From assembly GCA_035309865.1 (NCBI GenBank), contig DATGER010000126.1:284-64283 (forward strand): 64,000 nt of DNA. Reading direction: 5' to 3'. Source of the DNA: Chloroflexota bacterium (GTDB lineage: Bacteria; Chloroflexota; UBA6077; CF-72). The position numbers and the translations under genes are program-made. Under the pieces are notes generated by a model. It searched no databases. It was not told the origin of the DNA and saw nothing but the letters and a program-made list of their open reading frames with translations. Of the stretch, positions 19,063 to 26,918 are shown piece after piece. Within the stretch, counting starts at the first letter, position 1; each line of letters begins with the position of its first letter.

Positions 19063-19502
19063 TCGAGCCGTTGCGGATGTCGTTCGAAGTCGGCTGTCCG
19101 GCAGCGCACGCGTTCGACGTGTGGACGACCAGGATTTCGCGGTGGTGGCCGGCGGATCACAGCGTCAGTGGCGAGGACCGGCTGCTGGTGGTGCTCGAAG
19201 GGCGCGCGGGCGGACGAATCTTCGAGCGGACCTCGATGGGTGTCGAGTTCGACTGGGGCCAGGTCACGGTGTGGGAGCCACCCAGACGCCTGGCCTACAC
19301 CTGGCATCTGCGCCAGGACCGCGCTGACGCGACCGAAGTCGAAATCACGTTTGTCGATCAGGGCGATTCGACCACGCGGGTCGAGATCGAACACCGTGGC
19401 TGGGAGCGCCTCGGCGCGCGCGGCCAGAGGTTGCGCGACGCGAACCTGGCGGGCTGGACCACCCTGGTGCCGCACTACCTCGCGGACGTCGCCGGGCAGT
19501 AG
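19059..19502 (+). CDS. SRPBCC / AHSA1-like (activator of Hsp90 ATPase homologue) domain protein
   Basis: TTG at 19059 overlaps the ArsR TGA (TTGA); alternative ATG at 19077. Typical WTTRISRWWP...GGRI...WEPPRRLAYTW pattern. ArsR plus SRPBCC is a common pair. Confidence 0.8.
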   Translation: MIEPLRMSFEVGCPAAHAFDVWTTRISRWWPADHSVSGEDRLLVVLEGRAGGRIFERTSMGVEFDWGQVTVWEPPRRLAYTWHLRQDRADATEVEITFVDQGDSTTRVEIEHRGWERLGARGQRLRDANLAGWTTLVPHYLADVAGQ

Positions 19503-19560
19503 CGCCTCACAGGTTATTCCAAGGTTGGCGGCCCATAGTGGACCACAAGAGTCGAGGCGT

Positions 19561-20250
19561 ATGGTTGTAACTGCTGGAACAATGGATGTTTTGCTGGTGG
19601 AGGACGATCCGCGGATTGCCCGAGTCGTCGAGCGAGCACTGACCGACGTTGGCCACCGCGTCGAGGTGGCTCGCGACGGGCTGGAGGGGCTGACGAGCGC
19701 CGAACGTGGCGGCCACGATCTGGTCGTGCTGGACGTGATGTTGCCCGAAATGGATGGCATGGAGGTCGCGCGCGAGATGCGACGGCAGCACCTGCGGACC
19801 CCCATCCTGATGCTGACGGCCCGCGACGCGGTGCCCGATCGAGTGCGCGGCCTGGACGCTGGCGCAGACGACTACCTGACCAAGCCGTTCGCGCTCGAAG
19901 AGCTCCTGGCGCGGGTACGCGCGCTTGGCCGCCGCGCCGGCGACGGCGCCGAAGAGCAGCTCGTGGTCGGCGAGCTCGTCCTGGATCTGGCCCGCCACGA
20001 AGCGCGGCGCGACGAGCAGTCGATCGAGCTGACCGCGAAGGAGTTCGATTTGCTCGCCTACCTGATGCGCAACACCGGCCGGGTCCTCAGCAAGGATCAG
20101 ATCACCGAACACGTCTGGGGGTATGACAGCCAGGCCACCTCAAATGTGGTCGAAATCTATATCCACTATTTGCGCGACAAGATCGACCGCGGCTTTCCCA
20201 GGCCACTTATCAGGACCGTGCGGGGCGTGGGCTACACGATAAAGGCATAG
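19561..20250 (+). CDS. OmpR-family response regulator
   Basis: Receiver motifs (LLVEDD, LVVLDVMLPEMDG, YLTKPF) and winged-helix output (RTVRGVGY). ATG at 19561, or at 19582. Confidence 0.9.
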   Translation: MVVTAGTMDVLLVEDDPRIARVVERALTDVGHRVEVARDGLEGLTSAERGGHDLVVLDVMLPEMDGMEVAREMRRQHLRTPILMLTARDAVPDRVRGLDAGADDYLTKPFALEELLARVRALGRRAGDGAEEQLVVGELVLDLARHEARRDEQSIELTAKEFDLLAYLMRNTGRVLSKDQITEHVWGYDSQATSNVVEIYIHYLRDKIDRGFPRPLIRTVRGVGYTIKA

Positions 20251-20315
20251 CCAGCCGGGCTGGGGCGATGTTCACTACAGGGTAAAAAAAAACAGGCAGG
20301 GTCGAGAAGGGGAAC

Positions 20316-21638
20316 GTGCAGGTACTGTTCGCGCGCATTCGGTGGCGTCTGGTTCGCTGGAACTTGCTGATCCTGGGGCTGATCCTGGCCCTGCTCGGCA
20401 CCAGCGTTTACGCGGCGCTGGGGCGCAGTCTGCTCGACGAGGTCGACCGCAATCTGTTCAGTCGCAGCGAGCAGGTGATCCCGATCCTTTTTGGACCGCC
20501 GCGCCGCGCTGGTGAGCCCGGTCCGCCGCCTCGCGGCCCGCAGGGCTATAGCGGCGGCGTGTTTTTCCTGGCGCTCCGGCCGGACGGTTCAGTCTTGGCC
20601 GACCCGCAGCAGGTCACCATCAGCGATCTACCGTGGCCGCAGACGCGGGAGCCCACCTTTGCCACCATTCAGCTCGGCGATGGGGACCAGGCACGGGTGG
20701 TGCTGCGCCGCACGCCAGATGGCGGGATGCTGGTGGTTGGCCAGAGCCTTGCCCCCGAGGAGACGGCGCTGCGGACGCTCGTGCTGGTGCTGGTGGGCGG
20801 CGGAGGCCTGGGCCTGTTGCTGTCGCTCGGCGCGGCGTGGTTCCTCAGTGGTCGGGCGCTGGTGCCGATTCAACAGGCATTTCAGCGACAGCAGGAGTTC
20901 GTCGCCGACGCGTCGCACGAGCTGCGCACGCCGCTGACGGTGCTCCGATCGGCGACCGATCTGCTCGACCAGCACCGCGACGAGCCACTCGAGCACAACG
21001 GCGAGCTGTTCGACGACGTGCGGGGCGAGATCGCGCGCATGGAGCGGCTGGCGCAAGACCTGTTGACGCTGGCGCGCTCGGACACCGGTGGCCTCGAGTT
21101 GATGACCGCGCCGCTGGACGTCGCCGACATCGCCAGCGAGGTGGTGCGTCGGACGACGCCCCTGGCCCAGAGTAAAGGCGTCCAGCTCACGCTGCGCGCC
21201 GAGCCACAGGCATCGACTGTCGAGGCCGATCCAGACCGCCTGCAGCAGGTGTTTCTGATCTTGATCGACAACGCCATCAAACACACGCCACCAGGTGGCG
21301 ACGTCTCGGTCCAGGTGCAGCGCCACGGGCAGAGCTCTCAGGTGGTCGTGGCCGACACGGGCACCGGGATTGCCCCGGAGCACTTGCCGCGCATCTTCGA
21401 TCGCTTCTACCGCGCCGATCGAGCCCGGTCGCGCGACGGGGGCGGCACCGGTCTGGGGCTGGCGATCGCCAAGATGCTGATCGAGGCCCACGGCGGCCAG
21501 CTCCAGCTCGCGAGCACGCTGCACGTCGGCACGCAGGTCACGGTGTCGCTGCCGCTGGTCAATCGCGCCGCCAAGCTCGGCGGCCGCCTGGGTGAGCTCG
21601 CGGCGCATCTGCCGCGCACCGCCTCCACGCGGCAGTAA
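20316..21638 (+). CDS. Sensor histidine kinase (2 TM, HAMP, HisKA, HATPase_c)
   Basis: GTG start with a GAAGGGGA RBS. H-box ASHELRTPLT, N-box DNAIKHT, G-boxes DTGTGI and GGTGLGLAI. Confidence 0.9.
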   Translation: MQVLFARIRWRLVRWNLLILGLILALLGTSVYAALGRSLLDEVDRNLFSRSEQVIPILFGPPRRAGEPGPPPRGPQGYSGGVFFLALRPDGSVLADPQQVTISDLPWPQTREPTFATIQLGDGDQARVVLRRTPDGGMLVVGQSLAPEETALRTLVLVLVGGGGLGLLLSLGAAWFLSGRALVPIQQAFQRQQEFVADASHELRTPLTVLRSATDLLDQHRDEPLEHNGELFDDVRGEIARMERLAQDLLTLARSDTGGLELMTAPLDVADIASEVVRRTTPLAQSKGVQLTLRAEPQASTVEADPDRLQQVFLILIDNAIKHTPPGGDVSVQVQRHGQSSQVVVADTGTGIAPEHLPRIFDRFYRADRARSRDGGGTGLGLAIAKMLIEAHGGQLQLASTLHVGTQVTVSLPLVNRAAKLGGRLGELAAHLPRTASTRQ

Positions 21639-21648
21639 GCTTCGCGGC

Positions 21649-23379
21649 GTGACACCTGGCACGCGGCTGTTGACTGACCTCGAGATCGCGCGGTCTATTC
21701 CACTGCAGCCCATTCAGACGATCGCCGACGGTATCGGGGTGCTCGACGCGGAGTTCGAGCCCTATGGCAAGTACATCGCCAAGATCGACGCGCCAGCGAT
21801 CCTGGAACGCCTGAAGGACAAGCCCAACGGCCGCTACATCGACGTCACCGGCATTACCCCGACGCCGCTCGGCGAAGGGAAGTCGCTGACCACCGTCGGC
21901 CTGTCGATCGCCCTCAATCGCGTCGGCAAGTCGACGATCGGCACCATCCGCCAGCCGTCGATGGGTCCGGTGTTCGGCATCAAGGGCGGCGCGGCCGGGG
22001 GCGGCTATAGCCAGGTGATTCCGATGGAGAGCTTCAATCTCCATCTCACCGGCGACACCCACGCCGTGTCGCAAGCCCACAACCTGCTCGCGGCAGTGAT
22101 CGACAGCGAGATCGCGCACGGCAACAAATTCGAGATCGACCCCGTATCAGTGACCTGGCCGCGCGTCATCGACCTGAACGACCGCGCCCTGCGGGACGTG
22201 GTGATCGGCCTCGGCGGCGCCATCAATGGCCAACCGCGCGAGACGCGCTTTGACATTGCCGCGGCGTCCGAAGTGATGGCCGTGCTGGCGCTGGCGCGCG
22301 ATCTGACGGACTTGCGGGCGCGGTTGTCGGCCATCACGATCGGCTACGACCGCCACAAAAAGCCTGTCCGCGCCGGCGATCTGGGCGTCGCGGGCGCGAT
22401 GACGGTGCTGCTCAAAGATGCCCTGCGGCCGAATCTGCTGCAGACGACGGAGCACACGCCGATGCTGGTGCACACCGGCCCATTCGGCAACATCGCGCAT
22501 GGTAACTCCAGTGTGCTGGCCGACCTGGCGGGTCTGAAACTGGCCGACTACGTGGTCACCGAAAGCGGCTTCGGCGCCGACATGGGTTTTGAAAAATTCA
22601 TGGACATCAAGTGCCGCGCCGCCGAGGTCCTGCCGGATGCTGCAGTCGTGGTGTGCACCGTGCGAGCGTTAAAAATGCACTCGGGGCGATTCCGCATCGT
22701 GGCCGGGCGCCCGCTCGATCCGGGGCTGGCCAAAGAGGACCTGGAGTCGATCGAGCTCGGGGCGGTCAATCTCCAGAAGCACCTCGAAAACGTTCGGAGT
22801 CTCGGTGTGCCGGCGGTGGTGGCGGTGAATCGCTTCGGCACTGACACCCAGGCGGAACTGGACCTCGTGCGCAAACTGGCGCTGGAAGCCGGCGCGGTCG
22901 ACGCCAAAGTCAGCGAGGTGTGGGAATTCGGCGGCCAGGGCGGCGCGGAGTTAGCGCACGCCGTAGTCGCCGCGGCCGAGTCGAGCGAACGCGTCAATGG
23001 CACCGGTCCGCGCATGTTGTATCCGCCGGAGATGCCCATCAAAGATAAGATCGCCGCGATCGCGACGACGATGTACGGCGCTGACGGAGTCGACTACCTG
23101 CCCGAGGCGAATCGGCAGCTCAAGCTGTACACGGAGCTGGGGCTGGACAAGCTGCCGGTGTGTGTCGCCAAGACGCAGTATTCGCTGTCCGACAACGCCG
23201 CCCTGAAGGGTCGTCCAAGCGGATTCACGGTGATGGTGCGTGAGGTCCGGGCGTACACGGGGGCGGGGTTTCTGTGTCCAATCGCCGGCGAGATCATGAC
23301 CATGCCGGGCCTCCCGAGCAACGCCGCCTACCATCACATCGATCTGGACGCCAACGGCGAGATCGTCGGACTCTTCTAG
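21649..23379 (+). CDS. fhs: Formate--tetrahydrofolate ligase
   Basis: LTDLEIARS N-terminus, P-loop-like TPTPLGEGKS, full-length family match. GTG at 21649 chosen because the track start 21592 overlaps the kinase gene. Confidence 0.9.
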   Translation: MTPGTRLLTDLEIARSIPLQPIQTIADGIGVLDAEFEPYGKYIAKIDAPAILERLKDKPNGRYIDVTGITPTPLGEGKSLTTVGLSIALNRVGKSTIGTIRQPSMGPVFGIKGGAAGGGYSQVIPMESFNLHLTGDTHAVSQAHNLLAAVIDSEIAHGNKFEIDPVSVTWPRVIDLNDRALRDVVIGLGGAINGQPRETRFDIAAASEVMAVLALARDLTDLRARLSAITIGYDRHKKPVRAGDLGVAGAMTVLLKDALRPNLLQTTEHTPMLVHTGPFGNIAHGNSSVLADLAGLKLADYVVTESGFGADMGFEKFMDIKCRAAEVLPDAAVVVCTVRALKMHSGRFRIVAGRPLDPGLAKEDLESIELGAVNLQKHLENVRSLGVPAVVAVNRFGTDTQAELDLVRKLALEAGAVDAKVSEVWEFGGQGGAELAHAVVAAAESSERVNGTGPRMLYPPEMPIKDKIAAIATTMYGADGVDYLPEANRQLKLYTELGLDKLPVCVAKTQYSLSDNAALKGRPSGFTVMVREVRAYTGAGFLCPIAGEIMTMPGLPSNAAYHHIDLDANGEIVGLF

Positions 23380-23472
23380 GGCTGGCTGTGAAGCGCCACC
23401 CACTTCAGGTGTGAAGCAGCCGACACCCGCGCGGCACGCGTCGAGGAATTGACTGCCGGGCACCTACCCCTC

Positions 23473-23491
23473 CGTGTGCACCCTGCACACG
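23473..23491. terminator. Candidate bidirectional stem-loop between convergent fhs and CMD genes (no U-tract)
   Basis: CGTGTGCA-CCC-TGCACACG, a perfect 8-bp stem. No flanking T or A run, so intrinsic-terminator function is uncertain. Confidence 0.3.
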
Positions 23492-23539
23492 CAGAACATG
23501 CACGGCACCGTCGTGGTCACCGGCGCCTGAGGCGCGCCG

Positions 23540-24112
23540 CTACGTCAGCTCCGGGCGGTACCCGGTCGTGGACTCGGCCACCACGTCGCCGTGACGCAGG
23601 TCGAGGGTGTGGATCCAGCGCTGGCCACCACACAGCACGCCCACCAGGAACCCGAGCTCGACGAGCTCCGGCTCTGAGAAGTGCCGCTTCAGTTCGGCCC
23701 ACAGCGCGTCGTCGGCCTGCGTGGGATCCCAGGTGATTGCGTCCGCGTAGCGCAACGCGACTTTCTCGCGCTCGGTAAAAAGCGGCGAGGTCGCATACTC
23801 ACTGATGCGTGCTACTTTGTCCTCGCCGACTGCCTGCTGTCCGGACCGGACAGAGCGTTGGACCGCTCAATACTGACAGTCGAGCGAGGTTGCCACGCGG
23901 AGTCGCAGCAACTCCTTCAGGTCGTGGTCGACGATGCCATGCTTGAAGACCGACTGCCACGTGTACACGAAGCTGCGGATCACGGCCGGCACGTGTGCGC
24001 GGATCAGCTGAATCTCCGGTCGCGGCGTGCCAACTCGCACGGCTTCTTCAATGAAGGCCTGGATGTCCGGGTCGTCGATGGTGTTGGGATCGACGTACGA
24101 GATACGCGCCAT
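23540..24112 (-). CDS. Carboxymuconolactone decarboxylase (CMD)/AhpD-like protein with in-frame TGA at the CxxC position: candidate selenoprotein, or nonsense pseudogene
   Basis: Track ORFs 23867..24202 and 23540..23755 share one frame (327 nt = 109 codons apart), separated only by TGA (plus-strand tca at 23867-23869). ATG at 24112 with AGGAGG 7 nt upstream. Joined 190-codon product: MARISYVDP...LRVATSLDCQY[TGA]AVQRS...TEREKVALRYADAITWDP... Confidence 0.6.
23837..23853 (-). other. Candidate bacterial SECIS-like hairpin downstream of the in-frame UGA
   Basis: mRNA sense CUGUCCG-GUC-CGGACAG: 7-bp perfect stem, or 6 bp with a GGUCC loop. It starts 14 nt after the UGA. The apical loop is about 20 nt from the UGA and begins with G. 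Confidence 0.4.
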
Positions 24113-24137
24113 CAAACCGCCTCCTGCCGCCAGAGAT

Positions 24138-24800
24138 TCATGCCGCCCGCCGGCGGCCAGCCGCCATCTCGAAGCCGCAACGCGGGCGTGCGGCGCGATC
24201 ACAGCACTCGGTGACGGGCGCGCCGACCACCTCGGCGAGCAATGACTCGATCAGTCGGCACACTTCCGGATGCGGTTTCACCGCCGAGGCCAGCGGGCAG
24301 CTGTAGCCGCGCAACCGGACCTTGCCGCTCTGCGCGCCGTCGTCTTCGACCTCGACGATGCTGCCCAGTCCTTCGAGCACTGCGACCGCCCGTTGGAGCC
24401 GATCGCCCGGGCCACGGTCGCGGCGGGCGGGTGCGCCGGCCTCGGCCGCCAGACGTCTGCCCACTTCGCGCAGGAGCGTCTCGATCGCATCCGCGGGCAT
24501 GCGCTCGGCCAGGACATCCAGCACCTGCCCGAGGACCGGCCCGTACGCTTTCGGGAACAGCTGCTCCGCGGCCGGCGTCACGTCGAACACGAACGCGGGC
24601 TTGCCTCCGGAGCGCCGCACGCCGTCCTGTCGCACGAGACCGTCCCGTTCGAGCGAGCTGAGGTGGGTCCGGACCGCGTTGTCGGTGACCCCCAGCGCGG
24701 CGGCCAGTTCCTCGACGGTCCGCGGGGCGCGCCACAGTAAGGCCACCACCTGACCGCGGGTGGTCGCCAGAAATCGCTGATCCCAACCGCCGTTCGCCAT
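24138..24800 (-). CDS. Winged-helix (ArsR-like) transcriptional regulator with Cys-rich C-terminal domain
   Basis: GAGGAGG RBS 4 nt upstream of the ATG at 24800. wHTH region RTVEELAAALGVTDNAVRTHLSSLERDGLV. C-terminal region has 5 Cys (YSCPLA...EVCRLI...TECCDRAARPRCG). Ends 25 nt upstream of the CMD start. Confidence 0.75.
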   Translation of the reverse strand: MANGGWDQRFLATTRGQVVALLWRAPRTVEELAAALGVTDNAVRTHLSSLERDGLVRQDGVRRSGGKPAFVFDVTPAAEQLFPKAYGPVLGQVLDVLAERMPADAIETLLREVGRRLAAEAGAPARRDRGPGDRLQRAVAVLEGLGSIVEVEDDGAQSGKVRLRGYSCPLASAVKPHPEVCRLIESLLAEVVGAPVTECCDRAARPRCGFEMAAGRRRAA

Positions 24801-24920
24801 GGGGCCTCCTCAAGTGCTTGTCGGGCGTCGCGCTGGAGCCGTTTGCGGACCGGCTGCATCGTACACGCCGGCGCCCGACGCGCCGCCGGCCAGCACTCTA
24901 GCAAATTGCACACGATTTAG

Positions 24921-24948
24921 TTGACTTTATTGATTAAATGGGTACGGT
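24921..24948 (+). promoter_or_regulatory. Candidate sigma-70-like promoter in an AT-rich island (TTGACT-N16-TACGGT)
   Basis: This is one of only a few strongly AT-rich stretches I noticed in the window (24898-24940). It lies in the divergent spacer between the regulator start (24800) and the cytochrome c start (24986). Confidence 0.3.
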
Positions 24949-24985
24949 TGAGGACGGGCACACGTCGCCACGAGGGAGCCATCCA

Positions 24986-26365
24986 ATGCGCACACACCGT
25001 TTTTCCTTCGCCGCGTTGGCGTTGACCGGTCTCGGCCTGGTCGCGCTCGGCCTCGTCAGCGCCTCGGCCGCCGCTGACGGAGGCTTTCTGGACGCCCCGC
25101 GCGATCAGGCGCACCCGTTCGACGCGCAGATCCGCGACAATACGCGGCGCCTGATGTCGGAGGGACGGACGACCTTCCGGTCCGACACATTGGGCAGCGA
25201 GAACTTCTTTGGCAACACCATCGGCTTGCACCGGGCCATCGAGGGTGCCGCCTTTGGTGGGGTCGGCGGCGGCGTCAGCCCCCGCACCGCGCTGGCCGTT
25301 GGACTGAAAGTCGACGCCGACGCGCTGCCCAACGAGGTCGTCGCGGCCATCAAAGCCGGTCGGGTCAACCTCGACGATCCTGCCGTGACCCTGACCTTGC
25401 TCAAGCTGGGTGCGGTCGTTGGCGTGACGGGCATCTTCAACAATCCCGAACAGCCGACGCAGGGGCTCAAGGCGGTTGGCATTCAGTGCGCGCTGTGCCA
25501 CTCCACGGTGGACGACTCGTTCGCGCCCGGGATCGGCAAACGCCTCGACGGCTGGCCCAATCAGGACCTCAACGTCGGCGCGATCATCAACCTGGCGCCC
25601 GATCTGTCGGCAGTCGACCACCTCCTGGGCGTCGACGACGCGACCACGCGCAAGGTGCTGCAGAGCTGGGGGCCGGGCAAGTTCGATGCTGAGCTGTTCA
25701 TGGATGGCAAGGCCTTTCGACCTGACGGCGGCGACGCCGCGACGTTGATCCCACCGGCGTTCGGCCTGGCTGGGGTGAACCTGCACACCTACACCGGCTG
25801 GGGCTCGGTGACGTACTGGAATGCGTTCGTCGGCAATCTGGAGATGCACGGCCAGCCAGGCACGTTCTACGACCCTCGCCTCGACAACGCCGATCGCTTC
25901 CCGGTGGCGGCGAAGAACGGGTTCGGGCACCTCAGCTCGCCGCCGGGTGAAGATCGCATCTCACCCAAGCTGCCTGCCCTGCACTTCTACCAGCTCTCGC
26001 TGCCCGCGCCCACGCCGCCACCTGGCACGTTCGATCCGGTCGCCGCGGCGCGCGGCCAGATTGTCTTCGACGGTCAGGGCCAGTGCGCCACCTGCCACGT
26101 GCCGCCGACCTTCACCGAGCCCGGTTGGGACCTGCATACGGCTCAGGAGATGGGCATCGACGACTTCCAGGCGAGCCGCTCGCCGGACGACCGGTATCGC
26201 ACGACCCCGCTCGCGGGCCGGCTGTTTAACCGCACCCGCGGGTTCTATCATGATGGCCGTTTCGCGACGTTGTTCGACGTCGTGAACCACTACGACAGCC
26301 AGCGCAAGTTGGGGCTGAGCGAGCCGCAGAAGCAGGATCTGGTGGAGTATCTGAAGTCGCTCTGA
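24986..26365 (+). CDS. Secreted di-heme cytochrome c, cytochrome-c-peroxidase/MauG-like C-terminal half
   Basis: ATG at 24986 with a GAGGGAG RBS and a signal peptide. Two CxxCH motifs (CALCHS, CATCHV). C-terminal TTPLAGR...YHDGRFATLFDVVNHY resembles the CCP family. Confidence 0.75.
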   Translation: MRTHRFSFAALALTGLGLVALGLVSASAAADGGFLDAPRDQAHPFDAQIRDNTRRLMSEGRTTFRSDTLGSENFFGNTIGLHRAIEGAAFGGVGGGVSPRTALAVGLKVDADALPNEVVAAIKAGRVNLDDPAVTLTLLKLGAVVGVTGIFNNPEQPTQGLKAVGIQCALCHSTVDDSFAPGIGKRLDGWPNQDLNVGAIINLAPDLSAVDHLLGVDDATTRKVLQSWGPGKFDAELFMDGKAFRPDGGDAATLIPPAFGLAGVNLHTYTGWGSVTYWNAFVGNLEMHGQPGTFYDPRLDNADRFPVAAKNGFGHLSSPPGEDRISPKLPALHFYQLSLPAPTPPPGTFDPVAAARGQIVFDGQGQCATCHVPPTFTEPGWDLHTAQEMGIDDFQASRSPDDRYRTTPLAGRLFNRTRGFYHDGRFATLFDVVNHYDSQRKLGLSEPQKQDLVEYLKSL

Positions 26366-26396
26366 CGGCCCGCGTCGCCAACTGCCATCGATGCTG

Positions 26397-26918
26397 CTAC
26401 GCGCGGTTGGCCAACGCATGGCGGGTCCGCTGGCCAACCCAGGCGACCAGCGCCAGCATCCCGCCGAGCGCAATCACGTCCGCCGGGCTGTGATTGCGGA
26501 CCAGGCCAATGCTGCCGATGACCGTGGCCAGGACCAGGAGCACCAGCGCCAGCGTGCGATACAGGCGCGTGATCTCCGAGCGTGGCCACTCGTCGAGCGT
26601 GCGCTCCAACTCGCGGCCGGTGTCCGAGTCAGTGCACTCGGGTTTTTTCGGGCACCGGTTGCAGGCAGCCGCCCGGGCGCGGTAGCGGGCTGTCTGGTGG
26701 CCGTCATTGGCCACTCCGACCAGCAGCAGGTGCTCCCCCGTGGGACACTCCCAGGCATCGAGCGCCGCATGGTATCGGAAGCCGGCCGTCTCGAAGCGTT
26801 GCGAGCGGCCGTGGGCGATGCGGGCCAGTTGCTCCAGACCTAACGCGACCACCACCAGGATGACGATGTACCCGGCTCCGAGTACGGCCTCCAGGTGGAC
26901 GTCTTCCAGCCGCGGCAC
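26397..26918 (-). CDS. Small 3-TM membrane protein with a 4-Cys module, translationally coupled to qNOR
   Basis: GTG at 26918 shares one nucleotide with the norB TAG (TAGTG). Hydrophobic segments AVLGAGYIVILVVVALGL, LALVLLVLATVIGSIGLV and VIALGGMLALVAWV. Cys module WECPTGEHL...CNRCPKKPECT. High GC3. Start uncertain. Confidence 0.45.
   Translation of the reverse strand: MPRLEDVHLEAVLGAGYIVILVVVALGLEQLARIAHGRSQRFETAGFRYHAALDAWECPTGEHLLLVGVANDGHQTARYRARAAACNRCPKKPECTDSDTGRELERTLDEWPRSEITRLYRTLALVLLVLATVIGSIGLVRNHSPADVIALGGMLALVAWVGQRTRHALANRA

Noticed and set aside
20270-20295. A9 run (ggtaaaaaaaaacagg) as a slippery site or phase-variation tract
   Set aside because: It lies in the 65-bp intergenic spacer between the response regulator and the kinase genes, not in coding sequence. 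It more likely serves as a spacer or UP-like element.
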